NCBI RefSeq assembly: GCF_000143415.4
Contig: NW_003314286.1
Location: 1,859,718-1,923,717, forward strand
Reading direction: 5' to 3'
Source of the DNA: Selaginella moellendorffii
Taxonomy: Eukaryota; Plantae; Lycopodiophyta
Length of the DNA: 64,000 nt
The notes beneath the pieces were generated by a model. The model saw only the letters and a program-made list of their open reading frames with translations, was not told where the DNA came from and did not search any database. Positions within the stretch are counted from its first letter, which is position 1. Every line of letters starts with the position of its first letter. Below, piece by piece: positions 16,052-28,898 of the stretch. The position numbers were made by a program, and so were the translations under genes.

Positions 16052-17721
16052 TCACCTCCCAATGTAGATGCATCGATTGTAGCCTGCCAAGAGAGACATG
16101 AAAGTCAGACACGAATCGCTCAACAAGAAGAGTGTGTGATCTCGAGAGAACTCACTTGGATCCATGGTCGTGATCACGGACACGCCATTGAAGCTACACG
16201 CATTGGGGTTCATCCCATTGAGCTGGAAGTAGGCATTGAACACATACGACGCGTGCGACGCCACGGTATCCGGCTGGTAGCACCGCCCGCCCGGCTGCAC
16301 GGGCGAGCAATCCACCTGCTGCTGCCCACACACCCAATCCAGATTCGCCTGGAGCGTGTTGAAGTTCCCGTTGGCGGCGGCGATGCAAAACGTCCGGTTG
16401 AGCTCGATGACCCCGGGGGAGTTCCCAGCGGCGCCGCCAGCGCCACCACCGGTCCCGCCCCCGGCATAGCCCCCGAATCCCCCGATGGAGTAGAACTTGG
16501 ATCCGTCGGGGCGGAAGAGGCCCCAGTTGCGGTTGGCGGTGGGTCCTGGCCGTTGATTCTCGTTGAAGAGCTCGAAGATATAGACGTCCGTGATCTGCCC
16601 AGGCCGGAATGGCGTGCCCTGCCCCGACATGGCCACCCGGAGGACGTTGTTGTTGTACGTGGCGGCGTTCTGGAGGTTGACGATGCGCGTCTCGCCAGCG
16701 CCGCCCATGGAGGGCCACCCGGTCTCCGTGACCACGATGGCGAGGCTGCGGTGGCCCATGGCGGCCAGCGCGTAGAACGCCGCGTCGAGCTGCGCGGAGA
16801 GGAGATCGCCGTAGTGGAGGCCTGAGCCTGGGTCCGTGAAGCCGGCGGCGCTGGGCTGGAGCAGCGCGAAGTCGAGCGCGGTGGTGGCAGCGGAGTTGCG
16901 GTAGGCGTAGTAGGGGTAGGCGTTGAGCATGAAGAAGGAGCCCGTGTTGGCGATGAAGTCGAGGATGGGGGAGAGCAGCGGCGCGAAGCGGGCGTCGAAG
17001 GTGGCGGAGGAGGGCGGGAAGGAGTTTGCGATGACGCCCATGGCGTGCGGCGTGGAGATCTTGATGGAGCGGTCCAGCGCCGCGTTCTGGAGCGCGGTGT
17101 AGAGGTTCTGCATGGCGGAGAGGAGGTAGGCGTCGTCGTCGGTGGCGGCGGTGAGGACCTCGGAGCCGGCGGCGATGGCGGTGATGCGGGTGGCGGGGAG
17201 GTGGGGGAGGAGATTGGTGGCGACCCAGGCGGTGGCGGAGGACTGGGACTGGGCGATGCCTTGGAGCTCCGTGTTGGGGACGCCCACCATCACGTCGATG
17301 TTGGAGTTTGCGAGCGCGGAGAGGGCGTCGGCGTCCGGGGAGAAGAGGCGGACCTTGGAGATGCCTTGCGATTGCATCAATTGGACGGCCTTTTGCGGCG
17401 AGGGGAGATTGTCCGCCATGCGCCCGTAGCACACACCGATCGCGGCATCTGCGGAGATCATTCAATCAATCAATCCATCGCACAGCTGCGAGACAACAGG
17501 GGATCTCTTGCGGGAATGGAATTGGGCGGAGGTGGGCGATGGAGATCTTAGCCAATTCCACGACCCATTTGCGGAGAGGATGGAGGGGAGGGAGAATGCG
17601 AGCGGGATTAGAGCGCGGTACCTGCGGTTTTGCGGCCGAGGAACGCCATAGCCAGAGCTCCGAGGAAGACAACGGGGAGGAGCAGTCTTGGTCTTGGCTT
17701 CATCGTACAGCAATCCATCAT
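16052..17721 (-). CDS. Glucan endo-1,3-beta-glucosidase (GH17 plus X8/CBM43); signal-peptide exon about 17621-17721; the 3' end may extend to about 15900
   Basis: IGVCYGRMADNLPSP, NAYPYYAY, VVTETGWPS, YIFELFNEN, RNWGLF; X8 FCIA..LDWVCG..DCSPVQPGGRCY..HASYVFNAYFQ; signal peptide MKPRPRLLLPVVFLGALAMAF. Confidence 0.93.
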
Positions 17722-19253
17722 CCCTCCTCGTCGTTCGAGCCCCGTGTTCCTTCACATTTGATGCCCTGACCGATCGAGGAATGGAAATGGGTTTTTTCTA
17801 GATCGGATCGATCAAATCAATGAAGAAGATGCCCGTTGGACCCAATCCAGCAGCTAAGACCCAATCCACGCTCGAAGCGAAGCGAGAGCGATGAGCATTG
17901 CGAGGAGGATGACCTCAGATCCGAGACAAGATCAACCATGATCATGCCGGAGGATAGAAGATCTGGAGCCTAGAGTCGCTGGGGCAAGAGCGAACAACAG
18001 TCGATTTCTCTGTTGCCTGTGATTTGAAAGAACGTAGCAGAGGGCAGAGGACACTGATTCACTGATGCTGGCCAGCTGTTTGAAGAAATCGTTTGGAGTT
18101 GTGATCTTGGCATTTAAGACACATCCATATTTTTTTCTTCTTCTTCTTTCCTTGCTCTCCTTTCTTTCTCTCAAGAGTGTTCTTCCCCTTCCTTTTACTA
18201 CTGTTTGTTTGTCTCTGTTTGGAAAGCTTTGGTGTCTCCATCACTCCAACATAATCCAAGCATTAGATGACACAAACGTGATTTATTTACACCAAATCGC
18301 GACCACTTGTTTACATTTTCTCGAGAATTTTTTTTTCCAGTGGCTCGGCACCACGATGTCGCGGCAGAGATCTAGGCAGTGGCATCCAAAGGTCCTATTT
18401 AAACAAAGCCCGTAAGAAGTATTCGTTTGAGCTTGTCGATTTTCAGCCACTTGTCCAATCTGATGCACACAGCTCTCCTGCTTGCTGGTGGCTCGAGCTT
18501 GTCATCGATTGATGCTTGGTATTTCATGCAACATAGATTCCATACATTCGAATTGAACATTCTGGGTAGCAAATTTATTTTTCCAGGAATAAACTAGCAA
18601 AAGGCATCCAACGTAGAGCTACGCTGGACCAACGAAAATGTTTTCCCTAGAATCATCATCAGCATAAAAAGAACTCTAGATGAACTAGAATAATATGATT
18701 GAGTGCAGAAAGAGTAAAAACTCTATTCTGGAAAGGCTAGTGGACGTTGCTTGGGCCTTGCGTGTTCTGTCGAGGCTTGGCTCGCTCAACGAACTATTGC
18801 AAACAAGGACATCAGTCAAAAGAAAAAACAAAGAAGAAATGGACTAAACTACAGAAATGTTAGTCCATAGAATTGTGCTAAGCTAAAAATATGCTAGAAT
18901 TATTATTTATACCAATGCAAATAGTATAGTGCTAAAGCAGGAATAGAGAATACACCATGCTAGCATTAAAATAACATGGAAAAACTCAAGATTGCATATC
19001 CAATTCCATGCCAAATAAAAACTACAAGCTTTGATCAAATTGAATTTGATGTTATTAAGAACTTTGAAACCAATATAATTGAATAAACATAATTTGAAAC
19101 ACATACAAAACTTGAATGACCAAATGGTAAAATAATTTGTGACCTTACCTAGAGCACTTCATTCATACTGGTGCCTTCATAAATGATGCACTTGGTGTTT
19201 CGAAGTGTCATACTAGAGGGTAAAAGTAGAAATAGGGGATTGTTACTAGCTTG

Positions 19254-19640
19254 TATCAAGAATCCCTCAATTCTTGCTACATTTCTGACTTTTGCCGAAT
19301 TCTTGACTTACAGACCACATTCCTGACTCTTAAGACACTTCTCTATTCCTAACTCTTGAGACACTTCTTTATTCCTGACTCTCTGATTTTCTGTACGATT
19401 CTTGAGTCTCAAACCACATTCTTAATGATGACATGGCACCTCCTCGACCTCAACTATATTTAGGCCATCTTCGATTCAAGAGTGGTGGAGCTTCATCAAC
19501 CTATAGTATATATAGATTAGCTTTGTTCCATTTCTCCACAATTTGAATCAACACTAGTCTAAGGTTACTTTTTCGTTTCCACTAGCTTTTCTCTTTGTCT
19601 TCTACATTTTCCAGTCTTGATTTTGTTGGGAGTCTTGATA
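19254..19640 (+). repeat. 5' LTR of the chromovirus (387 bp)
   Basis: Termini TATCAAGA...TCTTGATA; colinear with 24446-24858; one fewer 26-bp internal unit. Confidence 0.9.
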
Positions 19641-22600
19641 ATTTGATTTAGATTGTTTTTTTTTTTTGCTTTTGTTTTAGTTCGTTTTGATTGTTTGATT
19701 GCCTTTGCCTTTTTCCCCTTTTTCTTTCTTCTTTGCCGATGGAGTCTCCAAGCCATCCTGATTTCTTTGCCGAAGTCCTTGCAAAAATCCAATTTGAAAA
19801 TACCAAGTTAAAGGTGACCCTTCTTCATATACAACAGGAGCTTGCTTCACTTTTGGCTCAAGGATCAAGCAAAGTTCCTGAACCGAATGTGAGTTTCCCG
19901 GTGAAATTTTCAGGCAAGCATTCAGAGCTTCGTGGATTTCTGAACCAGATGGAGCTGATCTTTGCACTTCAACGTCGGCAGTACCCCACTCCCGAGTCTC
20001 AAATCGGCATGATTGGGACGTTGCTCGAAGGTGCAGCTTTGTCATGGTTTTCTCCTCTCCTGGAGAAGAGCATGAAAAGGGTCGTGGTTCCAGAGCTGAT
20101 GGATCTTCAGTTGTTCAAAGAAGCATGTTTTGGCGAGACGGATCGGGTTCAGGCTGCCACCACAAAGATGAGATGTCTCTCGTAGGGGTCTCGTCCTGCC
20201 TCAATCTATACTGCAAAGTTCCAACTCCTTGCCTTGGACACTCAGTGGGATGAGTGGGCTCTGATTGATCAATTTCGTTTCGGCCTCAACAATGGTGTCA
20301 ACGATTTATTGCTCACCATGGAGGATCCCACAAACCTGTCGAACGCCATCAACAAAGTTGTTCAATGCTACAATCGTCTCTTTGAACGTCGTCAGGAAAG
20401 TCACCACGCTGCCATTTTCCTGTCCTAGACTCAGAAATCCCAACTTGAGTCTTCGAGGCATACTTCTGAACCTACTGCTCCGGTCCTGATGGATATTTCT
20501 GGTACTCCCCAACTCATAAGAGGGAAGTTGAGTCCTGCTGAGAAGCAATGTCGAGTATCTTATAATCTTTGCCTCTACTATGTTGATCCTAATCACAAAG
20601 TAGCTGTGTGTCCCAAAAAGCCTCCCCGATTGCTCGAGTTCACTCTGCCTTAAGATCCATCTCTATTGCAGTTGGGAAACGACCCCATCCAAACTGAGTA
20701 GGAGCTGTCTATTTGGGCTCCCCAAATAAAAATCACTTTTCTTTTTTATCAAACTCCTCACCACCTTTTATCAAAGCCACCACCAATTCCCGCAACTTTC
20801 GCATCCCATGTCTCCTTTCTTTCACTAGACAATCAGGACTCAAGGCTTTGGCGCTACTGGACTCGAGTGCAACTTCCTGCTTCATGGACACAGACTTTGC
20901 TGCCCAACATTATGTTTCTTTTTCTCCTACCATACGGGATCTAAGGGTTGAAGGCATCGGCGGGCATTTTGTGTCTCCATCTTTTGGACTTAGGAAAACA
21001 TTGCCCGTTCGAGTACACATCGGGTTCACCATTACCGATATCGCCTTCAACATCATCAATAGCAAGTCCTCCTCTATCATGCTCGGCCTTCCTTAGTTCC
21101 AATTGCATTAACCTTAGATCTATTGGAAAGAATTACAGCTTGTCTCTCCCACGTCACCATCTCCCACGTTTTCCCCTACTGTTCATCGAGTCCGAATCAA
21201 GAAAAGTTCTCTAAACTCAAATTGGGGTTCTGTTCCTAACGCTACAAAGTTTTCACCCTCTTTTTTTCCCTCTCTTCCATCTTACACTAGACAATATCCT
21301 CATTTCATCATTTCATTCAGTCGTACGCCTCTTCTTATTTCCACAATCACTATGAAAGAACTCCTTCATGAAGAATCTATTTTCCTTTTTGCTTTGCATG
21401 TTTCTCCTATCAGTTTTCTTGAGAAGTATCATAATTTTGGGGATGTATTTGACAAGAAAAAAGCTAGTGTATTGCCTGTTCATCAGCCTTACGACTGTCC
21501 CATTGATTTATAGGAAGGAGCGTCACCTCCATGGGGCCTATCTATGGGTTATCCCCGTCCGAGCTTAAGGCCCTCAAAGAGTACATGGATAAGAACTTTG
21601 CCTTGGGGTACATTTAGCATTCACAGTCCTCAGCTGGAGCACCTGTCTTCTTTATCAAGAAGAAGGATGGGAGTTTGCAGCTAGTCATCGACTACTGAGA
21701 TGATTGTTTGGAACCGTTATCCACTGCCTCTAATCTCGGACCTGTTGGAACACCTCGGTGGTGCCCGCTTCTTCACCAAGATTGACCTCCATGGAGCATA
21801 CAACCTAATCTGGATCCAGCTTGGCGATGAATGGAAGACTGTGTTCCGAACCCGCTATGGCCACTTCGAGTACAATGTCATGCCGTTTGGCTTGACAAAT
21901 GCTCCAGCAGTTTTCCAACATATGGTGAACGACGTCTTTCGGGAGTTTCTTGATCAAATGGTGATCATCTACCTCGACGACATCCTCATTTACTCAAAAA
22001 CTAAGGAGGAGCACAATGAACATGTGCGCAAAGTGCTGGCAAAGCTGCGGGAATATGGCCTATATGCGAAGCTTGAGAAATGTTCCTTCAATCAGGAGTT
22101 TGTGGAGTTCCTTGAGTACATTGTCACTCCTGAGGGTACCACGATGGATCTTGCCAAAGTCAAGACTATTCTCGAATGGGAGCCTCCACAATCAATGTCG
22201 GATGTTCAGGTTTTCCTTGGCTTCGCCAACTTCTACTGCAAATTCATTGATCACTACTCTAATATTGTCCTTCCTTTCACGCATCTCACTCGCAAGGATG
22301 TTCCCTTCTCTTGGTCTGCTGCTACCCAGCAGGCCTTCGACACACTCAAGGTGGCCTTCAGTTTTGCTCATGTCTTGATCCACGCTGATCCCTTACAACC
22401 TTTCTTCATCAAGGCGGACGCCTTCGACTTTGCCATCGGTGCTATGCTGTCTCAACTCGAAGCAAATCAGGAATTTCATCCAGTTGCTTTCCATTCTCGA
22501 AAATTTCAGCCTGCGGAGATCAATTACGAAATCCATGACAAGGAGATCCTTGCTGGATTCCTTTGGAGAGTGGTGTCGTTTCTTTGAGGGGGTGAGCCAT

Positions 22601-24445
22601 CAAACAACGGTCTGGACGGATCACAAAAATCTCAAGTACTTTGCCACTTCCCGAGTTTTGAGCCGTCGTCAAGCAAGATGGGCACAATTCCTAAGTCAGA
22701 TTGACTTTGTTATCAAGTACAGACCTAGAAAGCTTCAAGGCCTTCTTGATGCTCTTTCAAGGCACTCCTATCTTAGTCTCAGACCTGGTAATCCTGCCTT
22801 CGATCAACAGGATCAGGTTATCCTCAGTCCTAATCGGCTTCAAATTATGGCAATTTCCCTAGCCCCTCAAGACTCCTCCTTGATGGATGCGATTAGAAAT
22901 GATCTTTAATCCAACGACCTCGCTAGCAACATTTTTCCCCATCTTCAGGCTGGACACCCAATGACTCCTGATTGCTAGCAATTTGACGAGTTCAAGTTCT
23001 TAGATGGCTTGTTGTACCGTGGGGAGTAGCTTTACATTCCTGAAGGTGATGCTTGCAGGTTGGTCCTGATGGCATGCCACGATAGCTTGACTATTAGTCA
23101 CTTTCGGCATTGCAAAAATCTATGAGCTGGTTGCATGAGACTTTTGGTGGCCTCACATGGATGACTACATCAAAGCTTTTGTTACCTCCTGTGACACTTG
23201 TGCCCGGAATAAGGTACTTCGCTACCTTCCTTCATGTTTGCTTCGTTCCCTCCCGATCTCTTCAAGTCCTTGGGAATCCATCTCTATGGATTTCTTGAGT
23301 GATCTTCTGAGTTCTGGAGGCTTCAACAGCATTTTAGTTGTGGTGGATCGCTTCACAAAGATGGCGCACTTCCTGCCATGTACCAAGGAGTTTTTGGGCG
23401 AGGACATGGCAAAACTGGTATTCAAGGAAATTTTCTGACTTCATGGGATTCTTGCAGATGTGGTTTCAGATCGAGGACCTTAGTTCATCTCTCATTTCTA
23501 GCAATAGTTCTTGTAGCTATTTGAAGTGGAGGCCAACTTCTCTTCAGCATATCATCCTCAAACTAATGGACAGTTCGAGCGAATGATTCAGACGTTGGAA
23601 CAATTCCTGAGGTGCTTCATCAACTATCATCAGGATGACTGGTTTGATATCCTTCCCCTTGTTAAGTGCTCCTATAACAACTCTGTTCACTCCTTCCTTC
23701 GAGTTTCCCCCTTCTTTGCAAACTTTGGCCGAAATCCCCAATTCAATCTCTCACTTCCTTCTCCATCTGAATCCTCTCGTTCAAATCCCCACTTTAAGGC
23801 ATTTGTCTCCAACCTCTAGGAAATCCACAACTCCATCTCCTTCCACCTCCATCATGCTCAGGAATCTCATAAAACATTTGCCAATGTCCATCATCAAGAT
23901 TGTCCCCCTTACAATATCGAGGATAAAGTTTGACTCCTCAGGCAAAATATCTCCACCACTAGGCTATATCCCAAAATTAATTTCAAACACCTCGGTCCTT
24001 TCCCTATCACTGCCATCATTGATCTTGTCACTTATCGCCTTGCAGTTCCCTCCTCATATCAAATTCACCCCATTTTTCACTCCTCTCTCCTTGAGCCTTA
24101 TATTCCCAGTCCTATTCCAAATCGGGTCATTCCTCCACCTCCACCAGTGCAGGTCGAGGATAGGTCTGAGTACAAGGTTCAAGACATCCTTGATTCCAAG
24201 ATCTCACGGTCTAAACTCTACTATCTGGTACACTAGAAGGGTTACAGACCTAAGGAATGCACTTGGGAACCTACGGACAACCTAATTCATTCTCCTGACC
24301 TTGTTTAGGACTTCCACCACCACTATCCTTCTCATCCCAGTCCTCATTTTTTTCATTCTCCATCTCCCGTCCCTCACCACCCATCTCATCCTCCTCTTCG
24401 TTCTCATTCACGTCTGTGTTCCACTCGTTCTTGAGGACGGGGTGT

Positions 24446-24858
24446 TATCAGGAATCCCTCAATTCTTGCCATATTCCTGACTCTCATCAGATTCCTAACT
24501 TGTAGACCACATTCCTGACTCTTGAGACACTTCCCTATTCCTAACTCTCGAGACACTTCCCTATTCCTAACTCTCGAGACACTTCCCTATTCCTGACTCT
24601 CTGATTTCCTGTATGATTCTTGAGTCTCGAACCACATTCTTGATGATGACGTGGCACCTCTTTGAACTTAGCTATATTTAGGTTGTCCTCAATCCAAGAG
24701 TGGTGGAGCTTCATCAACTTATAACATATATAGGTTAGCCTTGTTCCATTTCTCCACAATCTAAATCAACGCAAGTCTAAAGCCACTTTTTCGTTTCCAC
24801 TAGCTTTTCTCTTTGTCTTTTGCATTTTTCAGTTTTGATCTTGTTGGGGGTCTTGACA
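24446..24858 (+). repeat. 3' LTR of the chromovirus (413 bp)
   Basis: TATCAGGA...TCTTGACA; follows the PPT; one extra 26-bp tandem unit explains the length difference. Confidence 0.9.
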
Positions 24859-26713
24859 GCTTCAAAGGTAAACAAGATTCAATTCTTTATCTTACCTTTA
24901 CAGATGATAAAGGAATATGCTAAAGTGGTGATAATGTCTTTCAACTACATTCCTTCTAGGAGGATTGTTTCTCTATTTATCTAGAGCAAGTTGGCTGGAT
25001 ATTTCAAGTTTACCATGGCTATATCTCAATCCAACATAGGCTTACACAAAGAATGAGATGCTGGAGATGCCACCTCTAGAAAGAAGTGGTGGAAAGGCTG
25101 CTTTGATTCCTTTGCTCTTTCTTGCATAGGCTTGATATGTTCCACAAGCTTGTTCGTTATAGATTGATAAACTGGATCTTAAAGGCCTCAAAATATGAAA
25201 GAAGTTAGTTGGTTTCTCTAGGGCTTTGGCTGTTTAATGTCTTGCTTTAATTGAACTTTGAGCTTATGAGAAATTAGTGGGCATGACAAAAGGATAGCCA
25301 CATAAGAGAGGGGGTTGGATTTTGACCCTCTCAAAGCATCTTCTAATGAGATACTTGGTGTTTCCACACCATTAACTCTATGAACCTATCCTTATAATAT
25401 ATTAGAGTGATTTGGTTTGGGATGACTTTGGGCTCTTACCTTTATGAAGGTTGGTAGAGCTGGATGAGAACATTTACTTACCCTTTATGGAATGTAAAGA
25501 ATATCTTCACCAAAGGCAAGTTAGGCACCTTGAGCTTGGGCACCTAGAGTTTTGTCAATATATGGTTGTTGTGTTCACCATGCATTCACAGCCCAAAACT
25601 AGGAGATAAACTAGATTGGCCAACTAGGCACCCAGGCTCAAGCACTTGGATATCCAAATTGTCAATAGTGATGGATATGGCTATAGCTGTGTTGGGGGCA
25701 CTTGGAAGGGATTCAGCCATGGCAACAATATGACTTGTGGTTTTGGCAACGGTGGTAGAGTTCTCCCTAGCATCCCCATAGGATTTTATTGTGATCAAGC
25801 CCTTGAGGGATTTGAGAGTGAGGGATTCATGGTCATAGATGAATTTGAAGGCTTGGGTTGTGTTCTTTTTTCTCTCCATTTCTTCACTTGTGAGACTAAT
25901 TGATTTGTTTGGGTTGCAAGCAAGCTCATGAAGCATTGATCATGTGAAGTTTTTTTTTATCTTCTTCTTTTTTATGCAAGACTAATTGGTTTATTTAGAT
26001 CACAAGCAACCCATGGAGCACTGATCAGATGATTTTTTTTTTCATTTTTTTTTTCACATTAGCAAGACTAACTAGCTTGTTTAGATTGTAGGCAATGATC
26101 CAAGCTCATGGAATACTAATCCTACTAGTACACTATTAGAATGTCAACACTTAACTTATCTCACCAGTGCATCTTGACAAGTGCATCTTGCAAACTCTTC
26201 ACAGCATCTTTACAATCTGACTAAAAATCCAGTTGAGAATTACATTGCACCTAAAAAATTTAGGTTTGAACTCCAAATTTTATAAACTTCAACAATGAAA
26301 GCTTAGAAGTGGAACTTTTTGGAATTCCACTTTATAAAAGACAATATGATATATTTATATATTAAAATTATCATATTATCCATTGCATGGCATAGTAGCT
26401 TAAAAGATTACTTTATTTATATATTTAGGCTATAGCTCCAAAATCTGTGTAATAATAAAAATTTCTTCTCTAGAAAAAGAAAAGAAACTATACCACTTAT
26501 TGCAATCTCATTGAAGTAAGAGTTTATGGTATAAATTAACAATCCTTTATCCTTTAAAAGAATCCTATATGACCTTCATAGCTTGCCTCTTCCCATTAAT
26601 TATTGTCTTATTACTTTAAGAGTTGCCAAATTTTAAATTAGCCACTATAGTGTTCTATAAAGTTAATTTTCTTATCTCTTCAAGCATATCCTAAACAAAT
26701 TTATTCATGAGTT

Positions 26714-26943
26714 TGTAAGAAACTAAAGCAAGAACTTTAAAAGATGATCTATTGGGGTTTAAATATAAAAAATGGGCTTATAAGTATAAATGCACCTCAT
26801 TTTTTTAAAAAAAAATTAAATTAATTTAAAATAAAATTTTAGCTGATTGAAAATTTTTTAGGATACTTAGGGTTAAATGTCTTTACATTTGAATAGTACT
26901 AAATTGGATGACCTCCCAAGAAGTCTAAATTCAAAATATTACA
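26714..26943 (+). mobile_element. Cassandra-like TRIM LTR copy
   Basis: TGTAAG...TTACA termini; colinear with 27971-28165; 5S-like GGTTAAATGT..TAGTACTA..GGATGACCTCCCAAGAAGTC. Confidence 0.7.
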
Positions 26944-27162
26944 TTTGGTTCAGCCATATATTGAAATTGACATTTGGCAATTTAATTTGGTCAAACAACT
27001 TATGAACAAATTCAAAATGTTATATTTGGTCTGACCACATGTTGAAATTGACAATTAAAAATTCAATTTTTTCCAACAACTTACAATTGACTTAAATTAA
27101 TATTTGGCAATTCAATTTGGTCTAACAAGTTGCAAATGACTTAATTGAAAATCTTTTTAGGG

Positions 27163-27738
27163 TGTTTAGATCTTGAATTTAAACTCCCCGAGATGTCACC
27201 CAACCCATAAAAACACTTAACTCTAAGTATCTTAAGACTTTAATTGATTGGAAAAGAGCATACACTCTTATTTATTGGCCCTTTCCCTCATATTTAAACC
27301 TTTATAGATTATTTCTCGAATTATTCCTTTTAGTTATTTATAATCTACCATGCTTCCCTACAAATTTATGGCATCATGAATGGCTGAGAGTTGTAACTCT
27401 TTTGAGAGCTCCATTCTTTTGACACCCTATCTCTTAGGTTGAGCCCAGATAGAGCAAACTAAACTTGCAAAATATCAATAAATATACGATGCAATTCCCT
27501 TACCCAACCAATAGAGTCAAATTCGAAACCTTTTCATACCAAATATAAGCTCATGAATTTAGATTTTCTAAGAGGTGATCTAGCCTAATATTATTTAAAC
27601 CCAAAAACATTTAACTCTAAGTATCCGAAGACTCTTAACTGACTAGAAAAAGGGATGCATTTTTATTTATGGGCCATTTCTCTTTATATTTAAACCCTTA
27701 TAGACCATTTTTTGAGTTATTCTCTTTGGTTATTTATA
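27163..27738 (-). mobile_element. Cassandra-like TRIM: LTR 27544-27738, about 200-bp internal region, internally deleted LTR 27163-27342
   Basis: Two same-orientation LTR copies; degenerate Met-PBS (minus strand TGGTATGAAAAG) next to one LTR and a purine-rich AGGGAAGCATGGTAGA next to the other; the internal region recurs at about 38660-38810. Confidence 0.72.
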
Positions 27739-27769
27739 AATGTAAGTTTCTATCTTTTGATTATTTCAC

Positions 27770-28470
27770 CAAACGATATAGAATCACTATTTTCATCCTT
27801 AAGATATCTTTTTGGTTTTATAGCAAAGGCTTTACTTTGCTAAGTCTAGAAGGTGTTCACTTGTAATAAGTCTTTTTAGCATTTTTTTTCTTATAAACTT
27901 TATTCTTAGCACAATTTTGCGACCCTCCTCTAGGTCCTTTTTTAGAGACTACTTTTTGTAAACTCATAATTGCAAGCAACCAAAGAGAACAACTCGAAAG
28001 GCGATCTATAGGGGTTCAAATATAAAGGAAAAGGGCCTATAAATAAAAGTACACCCTTTTTTTCAATTGGTTAAAGGTCTTGGGATACTTGGGGTTAAAT
28101 GTCCTTGGGTTTGAATAGTATTGAGTTGGGTGACCTTCTAAGAAGTTTAAATTCAGGAGTTTACAACAATACTATTGTATTATTATAGTTTATTTCATCT
28201 AGGTTTTAGTCACTTTGACAAAGTCACACCATTACCAATAGTTCAAATCAATACTTTGAACTAGGAACTTTATTCATTAACCAAATAATTTTTTTTTCCT
28301 TATTTAGCCATAGAATCATTTAGTGCTCTCACATTGACATATTAATATATCTACTAATAAATATTAGGTTTACCAAATTTTTAAGTTGTTGACCATAACC
28401 CCAAGGGCATCCCCCACACTTGGCAATACACCCAAACTAACCCTTTTGGCTAAGGGTCTATAACAACTTC
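27770..28470 (-). mobile_element. Old fragment of the internal region of the large-LTR family, interrupted by a Cassandra-like solo LTR
   Basis: 27777-27970 and 28166-28470 are colinear with about 31270-31450 and 31446-31755. Confidence 0.8.
27971..28165 (+). mobile_element. Cassandra-like solo LTR (195 bp) with a 5S-rRNA-derived segment at 28093-28146
   Basis: TG...CA termini; 5-bp TSD ATAAT/ACAAT; removing it restores the host sequence seen at 31441-31470; ungapped similarity to the plant 5S box A-IE-box C region. Confidence 0.8.
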
Positions 28471-28553
28471 TGAAATATAAATCCCTAAGCCCCAAAATGG
28501 AGATAAAAGGATGCCATATGGTAGTGGTCGAAGTGGAAGTTCAATAAACATAA

Positions 28554-28898
28554 TGTAAGCGACTAATTTTTCCATTCTACTTTAGTCGCTTAACCGCCCC
28601 TCCAACCACTTGGAGGAATCTCATTCACAACCTTCATAAGTCCCATTCAAGACTTGGGGCTTGCTACCCCCAAGAATGGCATCCATGCCATTCAACCTTT
28701 GCACTTGGTCCAAGTGCTCCACGTGTTTGATCCCATGACTAACACCCCAAGGTGCCACTAACATATGAGCCTGTTACGCTGGGCCACACTCATTTACCTT
28801 GGTCACATTGGTGGTCTAACACCACCTACATTGCAATCCCATCTCTCCAAGGCTAGGCCATTTGCCCATGAGTGGTCATCCCAGATCCACCCTTTAGT
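28554..28898 (-). repeat. Truncated LTR of the large-LTR family
   Basis: Starts TGTAAGCGACTAAT; colinear with the first about 340 bp of the LTRs at 28899, 34565 and 36050. Confidence 0.85.

Larger units (their letters stand above)
19254..24858 (+). mobile_element. Full-length, decayed Ty3/gypsy chromovirus (Tcn1/Tf1-sushi-like) LTR retrotransposon
   Basis: LTRs 19254-19640 and 24446-24858; near-TSD GCTTG/GCTTC; PPT GAGGACGGGG; gag from 19739 with a Zn knuckle at about 20570; PR LLDSSAT; RT YLDD; RNase H; IN; chromodomain YKVQDILDS..YYLVH*KGY..TWEP; many in-frame stops. Confidence 0.95.

Noticed and set aside
24512-24600. 26-bp direct repeats superficially resembling a CRISPR array
   Set aside because: Head-to-tail with no spacers, inside a eukaryotic LTR
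24859-25940. Moderate-GC, exon-like DNA flanking the chromovirus (continuing 19140-19253), possibly a disrupted gene
   Set aside because: Many stops and no family I can recognise; needs tBLASTx
28093-28146. Possible 5S rRNA gene
   Set aside because: Only the internal control region is similar, and it is embedded in an LTR; no 5S 5' end or terminator
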